IMG/VR virus record: IMGVR_UViG_3300010883_026628
Location: 2,064 to 66,063 of that record
DNA: 64,000 bases
DNA from: a virus
Lineage: Duplodnaviria; Caudoviricetes
Reading direction: 5' to 3' (one strand)
The stretch's first letter is position 1. Each line of letters opens with the position of its first letter. Position numbers and translations under genes: made by a program. Positions 46,083 through 56,811 of this stretch are shown here, in pieces. Below the pieces are notes generated by a model that worked only from the letters and a program-made list of their open reading frames with translations, was not told the origin of the DNA and searched no databases.

Positions 46083-47977
46083 TGCAATTAATAATCACAG
46101 CCAGCAAAGATTGTTACATAACTGATAAAATTATAGATAATAAATATCGTTCAAAAAATTCCAACACTGGTCATGCTGCCACTTTAGATTTATTTAAACT
46201 GTTTGAAGAGTCTGGCGTCATGGAGTCTGGAAGTTTTGTGACAAATAATATAACGGAAAAGTCAGCGCTATTAATAAAGTTTGATTATTCCAGCATCGGT
46301 AAATTAACTTCAAGCATTTTAGATATTAGAAGTTCAAATTTTAAAGCTTATCTAGAGCTACAAGATGTAAGCTCAGGCCTACAAAAGCCCTTTAACTTTT
46401 CTGCAGTTTGTAATCCTTTGGTGAGGGAATTTGAGGAAGGTTATGGTATAGATGTAAACGGGTTTAACGATTTAGGATCTTCGAATTATTTAACTTCGTC
46501 TTATTATTTAACATCTCCAGTCGTTTGGAAAAATGAAGGTGCCTCCACCGCGGGGGGGAATGATGAAGTCTTAGCTCAGGGGTCAATAACAGTCGCTGGT
46601 ACTGGTGGATGGAATAATACTGTCGGTTTTACTTTGAGCGATGGAACGAATAGCGTGTCATTTTTGGCTAACGTTGCATCGGCTACTGCGGCCAGAACTG
46701 ATGCAACAAACTACACATTTGGAATTAACGGAATTACAACAACCGCAGATATAGCAGATAAAATATTCGCGGCTATAGCGCTGGCCAAGAGCCAAGGTGA
46801 TCTAGGGATAACTGCGACTGATCCTGACACCGGCTCTATTATTGCTGTGAAACAAGACATAGCTGGTCTTACTGGTAATACCAATATAACTCTGGCAAAT
46901 GAAGCCACTAGATTAACTGCTTCAAATCTCAGGGGAGGTCATGATACAACACATATTGATATAATTACATCAGCCTCATACGGTACAACGAACGTTGATT
47001 TAGGATCTTCAACTTATTTATCTACACCAAGCCAGGACTTAATTTTCGATATAACGAATGCTGTATCATCTAGCTTAAAGGGATTGATTGAAAATAATGG
47101 GTTTAGAATAGGTTTTAGTGGATCATATGATACAGACAGTAAGACTAGGTTTGTTAAAAGATTTGCTTCTAGACATGTAAAGAATAAGCTACTTATCCCA
47201 AAATTAAGAGTCGTCTTTGATGATTCAATATCTGATGACTCTAATACAGTCTTCGTGGACAAATCCAATATATCTGTCCTAAAAGTAAAGAAAGCATTTA
47301 GTAGCTCAAACCTTTTTGATAACTCAAGCGCTCAACTAACTGGAGACAACTGCGGAACGTTAAAAGTGGTGTCTGGATCTTTTACTAGCTCTGTTCAATT
47401 TAGTCAAGTTAGCAGATCTTCTGATCTCACTCGTCTAAAGGGTGTATATCAAGCATCATTTACGATCCCTAGTAATAATGCATATGTGAAAAGTGCACTT
47501 ATGGCAGACCCAAGTGGGTTTAATGTGGATCTAAACTGGCAAACAACCGACGGCACAATCACATTTTTGACAAAGGACGTTAGAGTCCACAACGATTCTT
47601 TTTCCACGTTCGATATAACAGCGGTCTCTATTGCTTTTAAGAATAGAAAGCCAGAATATTCTGAAACCGAAGATATTTTAATAACATGTACTGCAACAAT
47701 GGCTGGAAAAAACTATTCAGCGAGTAAGTTTAGAAAAAATCCTAATGCATTCCCGGGGCCTCTATTTTATAAAATATCAGAATTAGTTTCTGGGGAAGTT
47801 GTGATGCTGCAAAATATGAGCAATTCAACAAAGATGAGCTTTTATGATAATTCTTTTTCTGCTACAATAAAGTCAGGTACACTAAACTCAGGATATTCTT
47901 ACAAGCTTGAACTTCTTAGTACTATAGACACCGAGGTTATCAACTTCAATTCTTCATTCATTTTTAAGGTAATCTAA
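46082..47977 (+). CDS. Baseplate-associated virion structural protein
   Basis: TAATG coupling. ASKDCYIT...NTG...LDL...LLIKFD...FDIT...NNGF...FASR...PKLRV pattern (DNRLRE-like), with one inserted repeat module. Confidence 0.7.
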   Translation: MQLIITASKDCYITDKIIDNKYRSKNSNTGHAATLDLFKLFEESGVMESGSFVTNNITEKSALLIKFDYSSIGKLTSSILDIRSSNFKAYLELQDVSSGLQKPFNFSAVCNPLVREFEEGYGIDVNGFNDLGSSNYLTSSYYLTSPVVWKNEGASTAGGNDEVLAQGSITVAGTGGWNNTVGFTLSDGTNSVSFLANVASATAARTDATNYTFGINGITTTADIADKIFAAIALAKSQGDLGITATDPDTGSIIAVKQDIAGLTGNTNITLANEATRLTASNLRGGHDTTHIDIITSASYGTTNVDLGSSTYLSTPSQDLIFDITNAVSSSLKGLIENNGFRIGFSGSYDTDSKTRFVKRFASRHVKNKLLIPKLRVVFDDSISDDSNTVFVDKSNISVLKVKKAFSSSNLFDNSSAQLTGDNCGTLKVVSGSFTSSVQFSQVSRSSDLTRLKGVYQASFTIPSNNAYVKSALMADPSGFNVDLNWQTTDGTITFLTKDVRVHNDSFSTFDITAVSIAFKNRKPEYSETEDILITCTATMAGKNYSASKFRKNPNAFPGPLFYKISELVSGEVVMLQNMSNSTKMSFYDNSFSATIKSGTLNSGYSYKLELLSTIDTEVINFNSSFIFKVI

Positions 47978-50900
47978 TGGCAAGAAGATCAATGACATTT
48001 GAAAACGTAAAGTTTTTTACAAAAAGAATGCTTCGAAAATATAAGACCTCAACAGGTGTGCTTTTAGATCAAAATCAAAAAAAACTAACTGTTACCCACA
48101 TCAATGATGATGATACATCATTTAGAAGAAATGAAAATAATCATGGTATAGTATCAACACAACAATTACCGGTTAATAATGAATTGTTTCAGAACAATAC
48201 TTTCTTTGGCTCAGCTGAAGCCAAAGTGAATGTGGCTTTTGATAAAATTATTAATAAATACCCATTTGATGGAACGCTAAGACAGATAGAACAATTTGAA
48301 GACAGCTTATCATCTTTAGAAAAACATATATTGAATAAATTCCCTAGAAATATAGGGTTTCTAACATTTGATTCAGATCAAAGCCAATCCGTAATAATAA
48401 AGGACAAATCTGGAAATCTAAGCCAAGCTCTACTAAACGGTAAAGAGGCTGCTTCATACATTAACCCTAGGTTAAACCCTTTTTCTGTAGAGTGTACCCT
48501 AAGATTACCCACGGAGTCAAACCAAAACGCCTTTGTATGTCATAGCGTTAATCCTACTCTAAATACAGGGTTCGCAGTTTTTATTAATCAGACTAACTCT
48601 GAGAAATTGTGTACGATCAATTTTGCAATAGTCAGTGGTAGCAGTCATTATGCCAGTGCAAGTTATCCGATTGATAAAGGTAAGTGGTATAATCTATCCT
48701 TTCTTTATGATAATAGAACAGAGCAACAAACAGTCAGGATAATATCTGGATCCAAGACATTGGCTCAAAGCGATTTCTTTAATTACCCCGGATTAAATAC
48801 TTCTAATTCTGACTTGTTAGTAGGAGACGGAGTAAATCTTACTGCTGGATCACTTTCATTTAATAAGAGCACCACTTACAGCGGGTCTTTAGACGAGTTT
48901 AGAATATTTCATGGCATCAGGTCAACTGATGAGATTGAGTATTATTCACAAAGGAATATATTCGCTCATGATAATCTAAGATTATGCTTAAGGTTCAACG
49001 AACCAACTGGTTCTCATTCAAACAATGATGTAGTATTAGATCATAGCGGAAATAGCCTGCATAGTAGAATAAACAACTACCAAAACAGTATAAGAAATCC
49101 TAGGGAGATCACTAGTTCTATATTTTTAGAGGATGCAAGGTTTAGCCCAATATTATTTCCTAATTATTCAACTGTCATTAACTTAAACGCATCGCTACTA
49201 GAGTTAGCGACAGAATATGACGTAAACAATCCAAACTTAATAACCAAACTAATTCCTAATCACTATCTTCAGGAGGGTGCATATCTGGAAGGCACGACTG
49301 TAGATGGTGAAATTGTAGAAGCGTACAACAGCGATGGGACTTTACCAAAATCTGGAAGAATTGGTCATGCACAACTGATGTCATTAATGCTTTATTATAT
49401 GTCTGAAGAGCTTGATCAATATAAAATGTATTTAGATCAAATTTCTCAATTCTTACATCCAGACTATTTAGGTCTTGAAGGCGTTTCGGATGTATTTTTA
49501 CCAGACTTGGCGAAGCATTACGGTTTTGAATTACCAAAGATCTTCGGGGACGTTGCTCAAGAGCAATTTTTGGGAAAAGAAAATTTAGGTCTAGAACATT
49601 CAATATACGAAAAGAGTCTTTTTGAAGTCCAAAACCTGATCTGGCGCCGAGTATTAAAAAATATAAGTCATATATTCAAGTCAAAAGGTACCAGATATGC
49701 TATAGAAACAATATTCAGATCTGCTGGCATTGAGCCAGATAGATTATTTAGATTAGTTGAATATAACGGCGTAAACGAGTTCAGATTAGGATCATCTAGA
49801 CAACAAATCACTGAGATGTCTACTATGCTAAATTTCTCAGGCAGTCTTTCAAGCTTTTTTGAAACGTCTAGAATCGATGGGACTATAATCAACCGACCAA
49901 CACTTTTATCGGCACCGCTCACTGGCAGTAGAATAGAACCAGGTTACCCTGAAATATCTGGTGGGAATATCTTAGCTTCTGCCAGTATATACTTCCATCC
50001 GTTTGATGAAACCGCCATACCACCTATTGGAACAAAGATAACAATTCAAGATGCCTTTAATAACACCGAGATATTTCATTTTGCGAATCAAAGCACAGAT
50101 TTTTCGGCAACTGCAACGTTAGTCTATTCAGCTAATCCTTTAGATGTTGAAAAATTAACACTAGTATCAACAGGTGGGGTAAGCAGAACTTATGAAATTG
50201 ACACAGGTAATGGGGTTTCTGCAGGAAATATCCCGATAGCCCGAGGTGCTAATGGCGATGCGACATACGCTAACCTCAAAGCTAAAATTGAAAGTACCTT
50301 AGGACATAATGGGAAGATCACCGTAGCTCAAGCCAACGGCGCTGACACCAATCACGTCGGCTCCCTAGTTTTAACTCAAGCAGATACAGGTGCGGATGGT
50401 AATACGTCGATTGTGCACAACTTTACCGGCGGATCTGCTCTAGCTACCTTTTCTGGCGGCGCCCGAGTTATTAATAGGCAGATGGATGATTCTTCCACTA
50501 AAAAGTCTATAAAGCTGGTTGCTGATCTTAACGCTACAATTACGTCATCATTCCCCACCACACTGACTACAAAGACGAAGAATAAGATCGCTGGAAATAA
50601 TTTAGATATGGTTAATTTAACGACTAAAGATTTTAGTCGTAGTAATTTAGGTAACCACTCAATGGTTGTAGAGTCATCTAAATATCCCGTTGCGTGGATT
50701 AGAATGTCACAAACGACTCCTATTAATAAAGGATCAACATCTCTAACTCCACAATATCAACCTCGGGCCTCTTATGCTACGCTAACAGTGACCAACGGCG
50801 CCGCCGTTAGTGGGATGACAGAAAAGAAATATATTACTATAACCTCTACAGGCGGTGTTACCAAGAGATATGTGATTACAGATGCAGACGAAGATGCGGC

Positions 50901-53439
50901 AACAGCGACAGGCACGGTATTAAGCGACTCTGGAAATACTGATACCGGTGTCGGCACTGCAGGGGCAGATGAAGACGGCGGAATAGCAGTAAGCATAGAC
51001 TTAACAGGTACGCCTACTACTCAAAACGCATTCCTGGTTCAACTCAAGGCCGCAATCGAGCATGAAAATGGACATAACGGAGAGATAACAGTTTCAGCCG
51101 TTCCAGGACAAGCAAACGGAAATCAGTCCATAACTTTAGTTCAGGCCACAGTTGGTTCAGCTGGTAGCACGACTATCACAAATGAAATACAGAATTTATC
51201 AAAAACGAACTTTATTGGAAATCCTATGTCGCTAGCGACAGAGACTATAGGTACTATGTCTAGATCGTCAGTAGCGTTTGATGGGTTTAACGATTCGATA
51301 TCTTTGGGGACTGCAGCTATTTGGGACGTCTTGATAGGTAATGATTCTGCGTCTGCAAAGAAAATGTCTTTCGCTATGTGGATTTATAAGATAGCCGACG
51401 GTGAAAATGGACTGGGTCGAATATTCGATTTTGGTAATGGCGACATTTTTCTCTACAGCACACAATCTGAATTACTGGCTTTTGGTGTAAAACTAAACGG
51501 TTCATTGGTAGAGTGGAGAACTGATGCTTCATACTTTAATTTAAACGCATGGACACATGTAGTCGTAACCTATGATGCAACTGATACTGCTAATAATAAC
51601 CCGATTATATATGTAAATGGCCAAAGTAGGACTGTCGTGCATAACGGCTCATCTGCAGCTAAACATGCAACATTTTCCGGTATTACTACTGAAGCATGCT
51701 TTATTGGAAATAGTAATTCCGAAGAATATGCTTTCCAGGGTAGAATATCAGAGTTCCAGATCTTTAACGATGTATTAACTGCAGATGAAGCTTCTAAGAT
51801 TTATAGCGCAGAGTCTGATGAGTGTATACCCCCGTTTATAGCTACCTCTGGATTTTCCGGAGCCAACGGTTTTGTAAAAGCGAACACTCAAGGGTATGAG
51901 TACGCAGGAATATCTGCTACTGAAAATGACGGATTATTAACATCTGGATCTTGGACCGTGGAGGGTATGTATCAATTTCCAAGTAGTTTACCACAAGAAA
52001 GTAAGAGAAGCCTCTCTAGGGTGGTAACTCAAGGTCGCACAGCCGGCCAGGGCTGGAAAGATAAGCATGCAGTTTTAACAAACTTAGTTCTTTCTTCATT
52101 TGGGGACTCTATTAGCTTATTTGTTCGAAATAAGCATGATAACTCTGCTCCAGTTTTAAAAACAGTGTTAACGGGAGCCAATTGCTTAAACGGACAGAAA
52201 TGGTATATCGCCTACGGTCGTCAGCGTAATGATGAAATGTCTCAACCTATAAGCTCTTCTTACTTTATAAGAGCTGCATCGTTTAATTTTGACAAAATGG
52301 TAACGTACATTAGCACAACATCATTCTTTGATGAAGGTCCTTCGACTGCCAACATGTTTCAAAGTACAAAACATTTAGCTAGTGCCGATACATACGAATA
52401 TTTTAACTCTCCACAATTACTAATAGGTTCGCAATCTATGGTAAATTCCAGCGATGGTAAATTTCTAAATGATAGTACAGTTAATATATCTCATCCGGCC
52501 GCTAAAATTACATATTTTGATGGTAAGGTAGGACATGTCCGCTTTTGGTCAAAAAAGTTATCAGAGACAGAATCAAAAGAGCATGCTCGAAATTTTAAAT
52601 CGATCGGTGTTGATGATCCTCTAGTGAGCAATACATTCAGTAATACTAGATCGGGATCATTTCAAAAATTAAGGTTGAACATATCAACAGACCAGATTGA
52701 TAAACAGACTAATGTCGGCGGTAATTTGGACTTAGTAGATTTTTCGCAAAACTTTACACCCTTAAATAATCTGAGAGTCCAATCTGGCGTATACACCAGC
52801 ATGTCCGGTGCGCTTTGTTATGGGTTTCAACCAAGCAGAAATATAATAGAAAATACGAGATTTGACTATACAATAATGTCTCCTTTTTATGATGAGTATC
52901 TAAATAGCGATAAGATAAAAATTGCAGGATTCTCAGATGGTCCGAATGTCGAGCTTTATAATTCTAAAATATCTCCAGTAACAGAAATATTACCCTTTGA
53001 AAAGAAGATAAATGATAATCGTTTTGAAGTACAAATACATCTCCAAAGAGGTTTAGACGAAGATATCATGAATATATTTTCCGCCATCGATGCATTAGAC
53101 GATGCTCTAGGAAAGCCTGAATTATTATTCGCTCAAGAGTATCCTGATCTGAAGCATATGAGAGATTTATACTTCAACAGACTAACAGGTAAGGTAAACT
53201 ATAGGAATTTTTTCGATCTTTTTAGATGGTTAGATGATGCATTTTCAGATATGATAGAAAAGTTCGTTCCAAGAAATAGTAACTTTCTCGGAATTAATTT
53301 AATCATAGAGTCTCATGCCCTCGAGCGATATAAGATCGCTTATGGTCATCAAGAAATATATAAAGGCGAAGATGAACGTGCTAAGCTGCGTTCCAAGATT
53401 CTTATATCACAAAGATCAGGTGTAATCAGGAGATTCTAA
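47977..53439 (+). CDS. Large baseplate/virion protein with LamG (concanavalin-like) domains (1820 aa)
   Basis: LamG motifs (KWYNL, YSGSLDEFRIF, WTHVVVTYD, FQGRISEFQIF, FDGKVGHVRFW). gp7/tail-P2-I-like IWRRVLKNISHIFKSKGTRYAIE. Confidence 0.8.
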   Translation: MARRSMTFENVKFFTKRMLRKYKTSTGVLLDQNQKKLTVTHINDDDTSFRRNENNHGIVSTQQLPVNNELFQNNTFFGSAEAKVNVAFDKIINKYPFDGTLRQIEQFEDSLSSLEKHILNKFPRNIGFLTFDSDQSQSVIIKDKSGNLSQALLNGKEAASYINPRLNPFSVECTLRLPTESNQNAFVCHSVNPTLNTGFAVFINQTNSEKLCTINFAIVSGSSHYASASYPIDKGKWYNLSFLYDNRTEQQTVRIISGSKTLAQSDFFNYPGLNTSNSDLLVGDGVNLTAGSLSFNKSTTYSGSLDEFRIFHGIRSTDEIEYYSQRNIFAHDNLRLCLRFNEPTGSHSNNDVVLDHSGNSLHSRINNYQNSIRNPREITSSIFLEDARFSPILFPNYSTVINLNASLLELATEYDVNNPNLITKLIPNHYLQEGAYLEGTTVDGEIVEAYNSDGTLPKSGRIGHAQLMSLMLYYMSEELDQYKMYLDQISQFLHPDYLGLEGVSDVFLPDLAKHYGFELPKIFGDVAQEQFLGKENLGLEHSIYEKSLFEVQNLIWRRVLKNISHIFKSKGTRYAIETIFRSAGIEPDRLFRLVEYNGVNEFRLGSSRQQITEMSTMLNFSGSLSSFFETSRIDGTIINRPTLLSAPLTGSRIEPGYPEISGGNILASASIYFHPFDETAIPPIGTKITIQDAFNNTEIFHFANQSTDFSATATLVYSANPLDVEKLTLVSTGGVSRTYEIDTGNGVSAGNIPIARGANGDATYANLKAKIESTLGHNGKITVAQANGADTNHVGSLVLTQADTGADGNTSIVHNFTGGSALATFSGGARVINRQMDDSSTKKSIKLVADLNATITSSFPTTLTTKTKNKIAGNNLDMVNLTTKDFSRSNLGNHSMVVESSKYPVAWIRMSQTTPINKGSTSLTPQYQPRASYATLTVTNGAAVSGMTEKKYITITSTGGVTKRYVITDADEDAATATGTVLSDSGNTDTGVGTAGADEDGGIAVSIDLTGTPTTQNAFLVQLKAAIEHENGHNGEITVSAVPGQANGNQSITLVQATVGSAGSTTITNEIQNLSKTNFIGNPMSLATETIGTMSRSSVAFDGFNDSISLGTAAIWDVLIGNDSASAKKMSFAMWIYKIADGENGLGRIFDFGNGDIFLYSTQSELLAFGVKLNGSLVEWRTDASYFNLNAWTHVVVTYDATDTANNNPIIYVNGQSRTVVHNGSSAAKHATFSGITTEACFIGNSNSEEYAFQGRISEFQIFNDVLTADEASKIYSAESDECIPPFIATSGFSGANGFVKANTQGYEYAGISATENDGLLTSGSWTVEGMYQFPSSLPQESKRSLSRVVTQGRTAGQGWKDKHAVLTNLVLSSFGDSISLFVRNKHDNSAPVLKTVLTGANCLNGQKWYIAYGRQRNDEMSQPISSSYFIRAASFNFDKMVTYISTTSFFDEGPSTANMFQSTKHLASADTYEYFNSPQLLIGSQSMVNSSDGKFLNDSTVNISHPAAKITYFDGKVGHVRFWSKKLSETESKEHARNFKSIGVDDPLVSNTFSNTRSGSFQKLRLNISTDQIDKQTNVGGNLDLVDFSQNFTPLNNLRVQSGVYTSMSGALCYGFQPSRNIIENTRFDYTIMSPFYDEYLNSDKIKIAGFSDGPNVELYNSKISPVTEILPFEKKINDNRFEVQIHLQRGLDEDIMNIFSAIDALDDALGKPELLFAQEYPDLKHMRDLYFNRLTGKVNYRNFFDLFRWLDDAFSDMIEKFVPRNSNFLGINLIIESHALERYKIAYGHQEIYKGEDERAKLRSKILISQRSGVIRRF

Positions 53440-56400
53440 ATGGCGTCAGTAAGAGATTCTGCAGAAGTCAAATTAATTGGGTTTGAACAAGGCGTAAATA
53501 TAAGAACTAATGAGCAGTTATTGTCTCAAACACGTTCTAGATTTCATCCATTAGCTAATCCAGATGTCTTAATAACAAATAAGGCCGACAGAAAAGCTAG
53601 CATAACTTTAAGAATTAAGAACATCCCCACCGATCCAGGCGATGGTAATTATACTCTCCATATAGCATCCCATAAAGGTTCTTCTTACGACTTAAAGATT
53701 CGAGTTGTTGGAGATCTAAAGGCGACTTCGGTTATTGCAGTAAACAGTGCTGTGAGTCAAATCAGTGATTTAAATAACAAGACGTTTTTACTTTCTGATT
53801 TTAATAATATTTCGGGTATAACTGTATACACCACATTTACATTCGACACATCCTCGACAAGGATAACTAGAAATTCTGCAACTAGCTGGACTATTGGTTT
53901 AAGCGGAATTTCCGGAAATGCTACAGTACAAAGGACAGCCATCGCAGCCCGAATTTATAACGCGGTGTTTCAAGCGAATCTAGATAGCGATTTAAGAATA
54001 ATTCCAGTATTGGACGCTCAAACAGTTAAATTGACACAAGCTCGCAGTGGTACAACAGGTAATACGACAACGAGCGGATCAGCAATAGTATCAAGTCATA
54101 TTTCGATCCCGACATTTTCTGGTGGTAAAAACGGACTACTTCGGACTCTTAATATCGGTGATTTGAAACATCCTAAAGATAACGCAGCATACGCCTTAGG
54201 TCTGATCGACCCACCCGGATATTACGTTGGGGAAACAACTGCAGTTCCCTATACTGATACCATCAACTCAGACGCTCAAAAGATAAAAAGAATAACTTTT
54301 GATATTAACAGAATTATAAATTACAACTCTGCGACTACAGGTATATCATCAAAAATAGTTTTTGATGACACTCTCCTGATGGTACAAGAAACAGCGGCAG
54401 CCAGTGTAGAATCAGCTATAGGCAAAAAAATAAAACAAACTGGACTAGACACTTCTGGTTTAGCTGTTCTCACCGGTTCTTTCGGTCTAGAAAACTGGAA
54501 AATGGTTGCAAAGAACTCAGGCGATTTTATTTTTCACGATTTAGCTACAGACGGAAAAAGGTGGACGACAGCCGTCAGAGAATCAACAATTTCGGTTAAT
54601 TTTCCTAGCTTATTACAATCGTCTACAAACACAGCTGACCAGCTTTTTATGACAATAGAATATACGCTATTAGATGATGTAGTACCAGACATACCACTCA
54701 GCATCCTCCAATCCAGCAATGCTAAAAAGATTCTATTCTATATAGTGGCTGGAGGAAATGACCGTCGTCCATTCAGCACAGTTTATGACGCCACTCAAAA
54801 TGTAACAAGCATATTCATAAATCCATATATCAAAAACATCGCTAGCTCAGTTATAACATCACCGACTTTTAGGCAAAACGTATTTGTCGAACGTCTAAAA
54901 CTGGTTTTAGAAAGGCTAACTACATCTTCACCATTAAGCCTGGTACTAAACACAGTTTCTACAGCGAGTAGACAATACATAATAAAGGTTTCTGAAAAAA
55001 ATACAAAATTAACATATTTTAAAGCGTTTTTTGAGGAAGATGTTTTAGATGATCGAAGCGGCTCGTTTTTAAGTTTATTTGGGGACCCCTCTATGTGGAT
55101 CAACGAATCAAATAAACTTGAGATAAAAGATGGTACTGTTGGAACTAAGATTTTGGAATTGATTCCAACTCGTGAGTTGTACAGTCCAATACATGTCCAA
55201 ACAAAACTCGAAAAAGCAACATACAGATTTGGTACTAAAGGGATATCCAGCATATCTGATGTTAAAAATCGAATTTTTGATGCTATCTATTTAGCTAAAG
55301 AAAATAACTTGATTGATATTACACCGACCATGTTATATGCTTATGCAAGGGTCCAGGTGAATGATGGAGATGCTGCCCATGGCACAACGGCAAAAACCGA
55401 CAGAATAACAATGACATCAGTTTCAGGAGTGGAGAAGACATATACTATAGTACATGGAGGTTTCGGTGGTACTAAGGCTGTACGAACCGGTACTATATTA
55501 AAGGCAGGCTCAACATATTCAAGCGGTAATACAATACCTGTCGCTGATCCTAGTATAGGCTCAATCGCTATTAACATAAAAAATGGTTATAAAAAAAGAG
55601 ATGTATTAAACGAATTAGCGACAGCAATAAACGGTAAGAATGGTCACAATAAGAATACAGCAAATAGTATTATTGAAGTAAGTGGTGTAGATCCAGCGAC
55701 TAATGGGAACCAGTATCTACACTTAAAGCAAGCAGAAAGAAGCAGCTTGGGCAATAATGCTATAACTAAGAGCGGTTTTGCTATATTAACAATTATAGGC
55801 TTCGTCGGCGCTAACGATCTTATATCAAAAAATGCAATAAAGCTAAAGACTACCCCTAATAGGGGTGTACCTACCATAATCCCCAAGGGAAAGCTCTCAT
55901 ACGGTGACGGAGATTTAGTCAAGTTGACGAACACTGGTGCTACCAACCGTAATGTCTATACACTGGATGATTTTTCGACCCCAGCGCTGTCTATCGAGTT
56001 GCGAGACGGCACAGATAACAAGTTTTATTATACAAAGCCTAATCATAATGTAGAGATTCGAAGTTTTGGTTTCGGTAAAAGAACTAGTGATTTAAGGTTT
56101 TACGAGGATCTTTCTTTAAATGGTCCTAGACTCCACGCGGGAAAGTATTCACAAACTTTAGATATTGATCCAGTATTTTTTCTAACTGCTTCTCCAGAAG
56201 TAAGGTTCCCGATTCAAGTTAATAATTTAGGAAATATTTTAGGCTCTGAGTATGATGGAATCATTGAACCACTAGAAATAAGAACGCTAATGCTCGGGAG
56301 GTTAACCTCCGAGCGTCCTTTAAGGACTTTAAAGGGTGAGATGGGCGGTGAGTATTCATTTTCATCTATAAGAAATGAAGCATCGCTTATTCACAATAGA

Positions 56401-56811
56401 ATAACATTTGAAGAAACTAAAAATGTAGCTTTTTTTGATAATTGTCCCAATCTCTCCGAGATTATAACCAGATACGGACATTTAGGTCAGAGGTTTGAAG
56501 ATCCCGTTATACAAGCAGCAGTTAATAATGTTTTTTACTCTAAAATACCAGGGATTATTTTTAAGAATGATGCTAGGATTCATCCTTATATAGATACTGA
56601 AGAAAGGATTTTTCAATCTAGCCCCTTGAATGGAAATAATCCAGAAATGAATGAGACCGATACAATGGTACTACAAATACAGGAATTGAACCATATAGAC
56701 GATAAAAACTTAGGGGGAGAGAACTTTCGCCGGCGCGCCGGATTCGATTTTTCATCTTCTCCCCACCCGGGTACTGATTCTATAGTTTTTGGTGGATTAA
56801 GATATGTTTGA
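53440..56811 (+). CDS. Large virion structural protein (1123 aa)
   Basis: Abuts the previous gene; S/T/N-rich; carries two clear copies of the shared inserted module. Confidence 0.75.
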   Translation: MASVRDSAEVKLIGFEQGVNIRTNEQLLSQTRSRFHPLANPDVLITNKADRKASITLRIKNIPTDPGDGNYTLHIASHKGSSYDLKIRVVGDLKATSVIAVNSAVSQISDLNNKTFLLSDFNNISGITVYTTFTFDTSSTRITRNSATSWTIGLSGISGNATVQRTAIAARIYNAVFQANLDSDLRIIPVLDAQTVKLTQARSGTTGNTTTSGSAIVSSHISIPTFSGGKNGLLRTLNIGDLKHPKDNAAYALGLIDPPGYYVGETTAVPYTDTINSDAQKIKRITFDINRIINYNSATTGISSKIVFDDTLLMVQETAAASVESAIGKKIKQTGLDTSGLAVLTGSFGLENWKMVAKNSGDFIFHDLATDGKRWTTAVRESTISVNFPSLLQSSTNTADQLFMTIEYTLLDDVVPDIPLSILQSSNAKKILFYIVAGGNDRRPFSTVYDATQNVTSIFINPYIKNIASSVITSPTFRQNVFVERLKLVLERLTTSSPLSLVLNTVSTASRQYIIKVSEKNTKLTYFKAFFEEDVLDDRSGSFLSLFGDPSMWINESNKLEIKDGTVGTKILELIPTRELYSPIHVQTKLEKATYRFGTKGISSISDVKNRIFDAIYLAKENNLIDITPTMLYAYARVQVNDGDAAHGTTAKTDRITMTSVSGVEKTYTIVHGGFGGTKAVRTGTILKAGSTYSSGNTIPVADPSIGSIAINIKNGYKKRDVLNELATAINGKNGHNKNTANSIIEVSGVDPATNGNQYLHLKQAERSSLGNNAITKSGFAILTIIGFVGANDLISKNAIKLKTTPNRGVPTIIPKGKLSYGDGDLVKLTNTGATNRNVYTLDDFSTPALSIELRDGTDNKFYYTKPNHNVEIRSFGFGKRTSDLRFYEDLSLNGPRLHAGKYSQTLDIDPVFFLTASPEVRFPIQVNNLGNILGSEYDGIIEPLEIRTLMLGRLTSERPLRTLKGEMGGEYSFSSIRNEASLIHNRITFEETKNVAFFDNCPNLSEIITRYGHLGQRFEDPVIQAAVNNVFYSKIPGIIFKNDARIHPYIDTEERIFQSSPLNGNNPEMNETDTMVLQIQELNHIDDKNLGGENFRRRAGFDFSSSPHPGTDSIVFGGLRYV

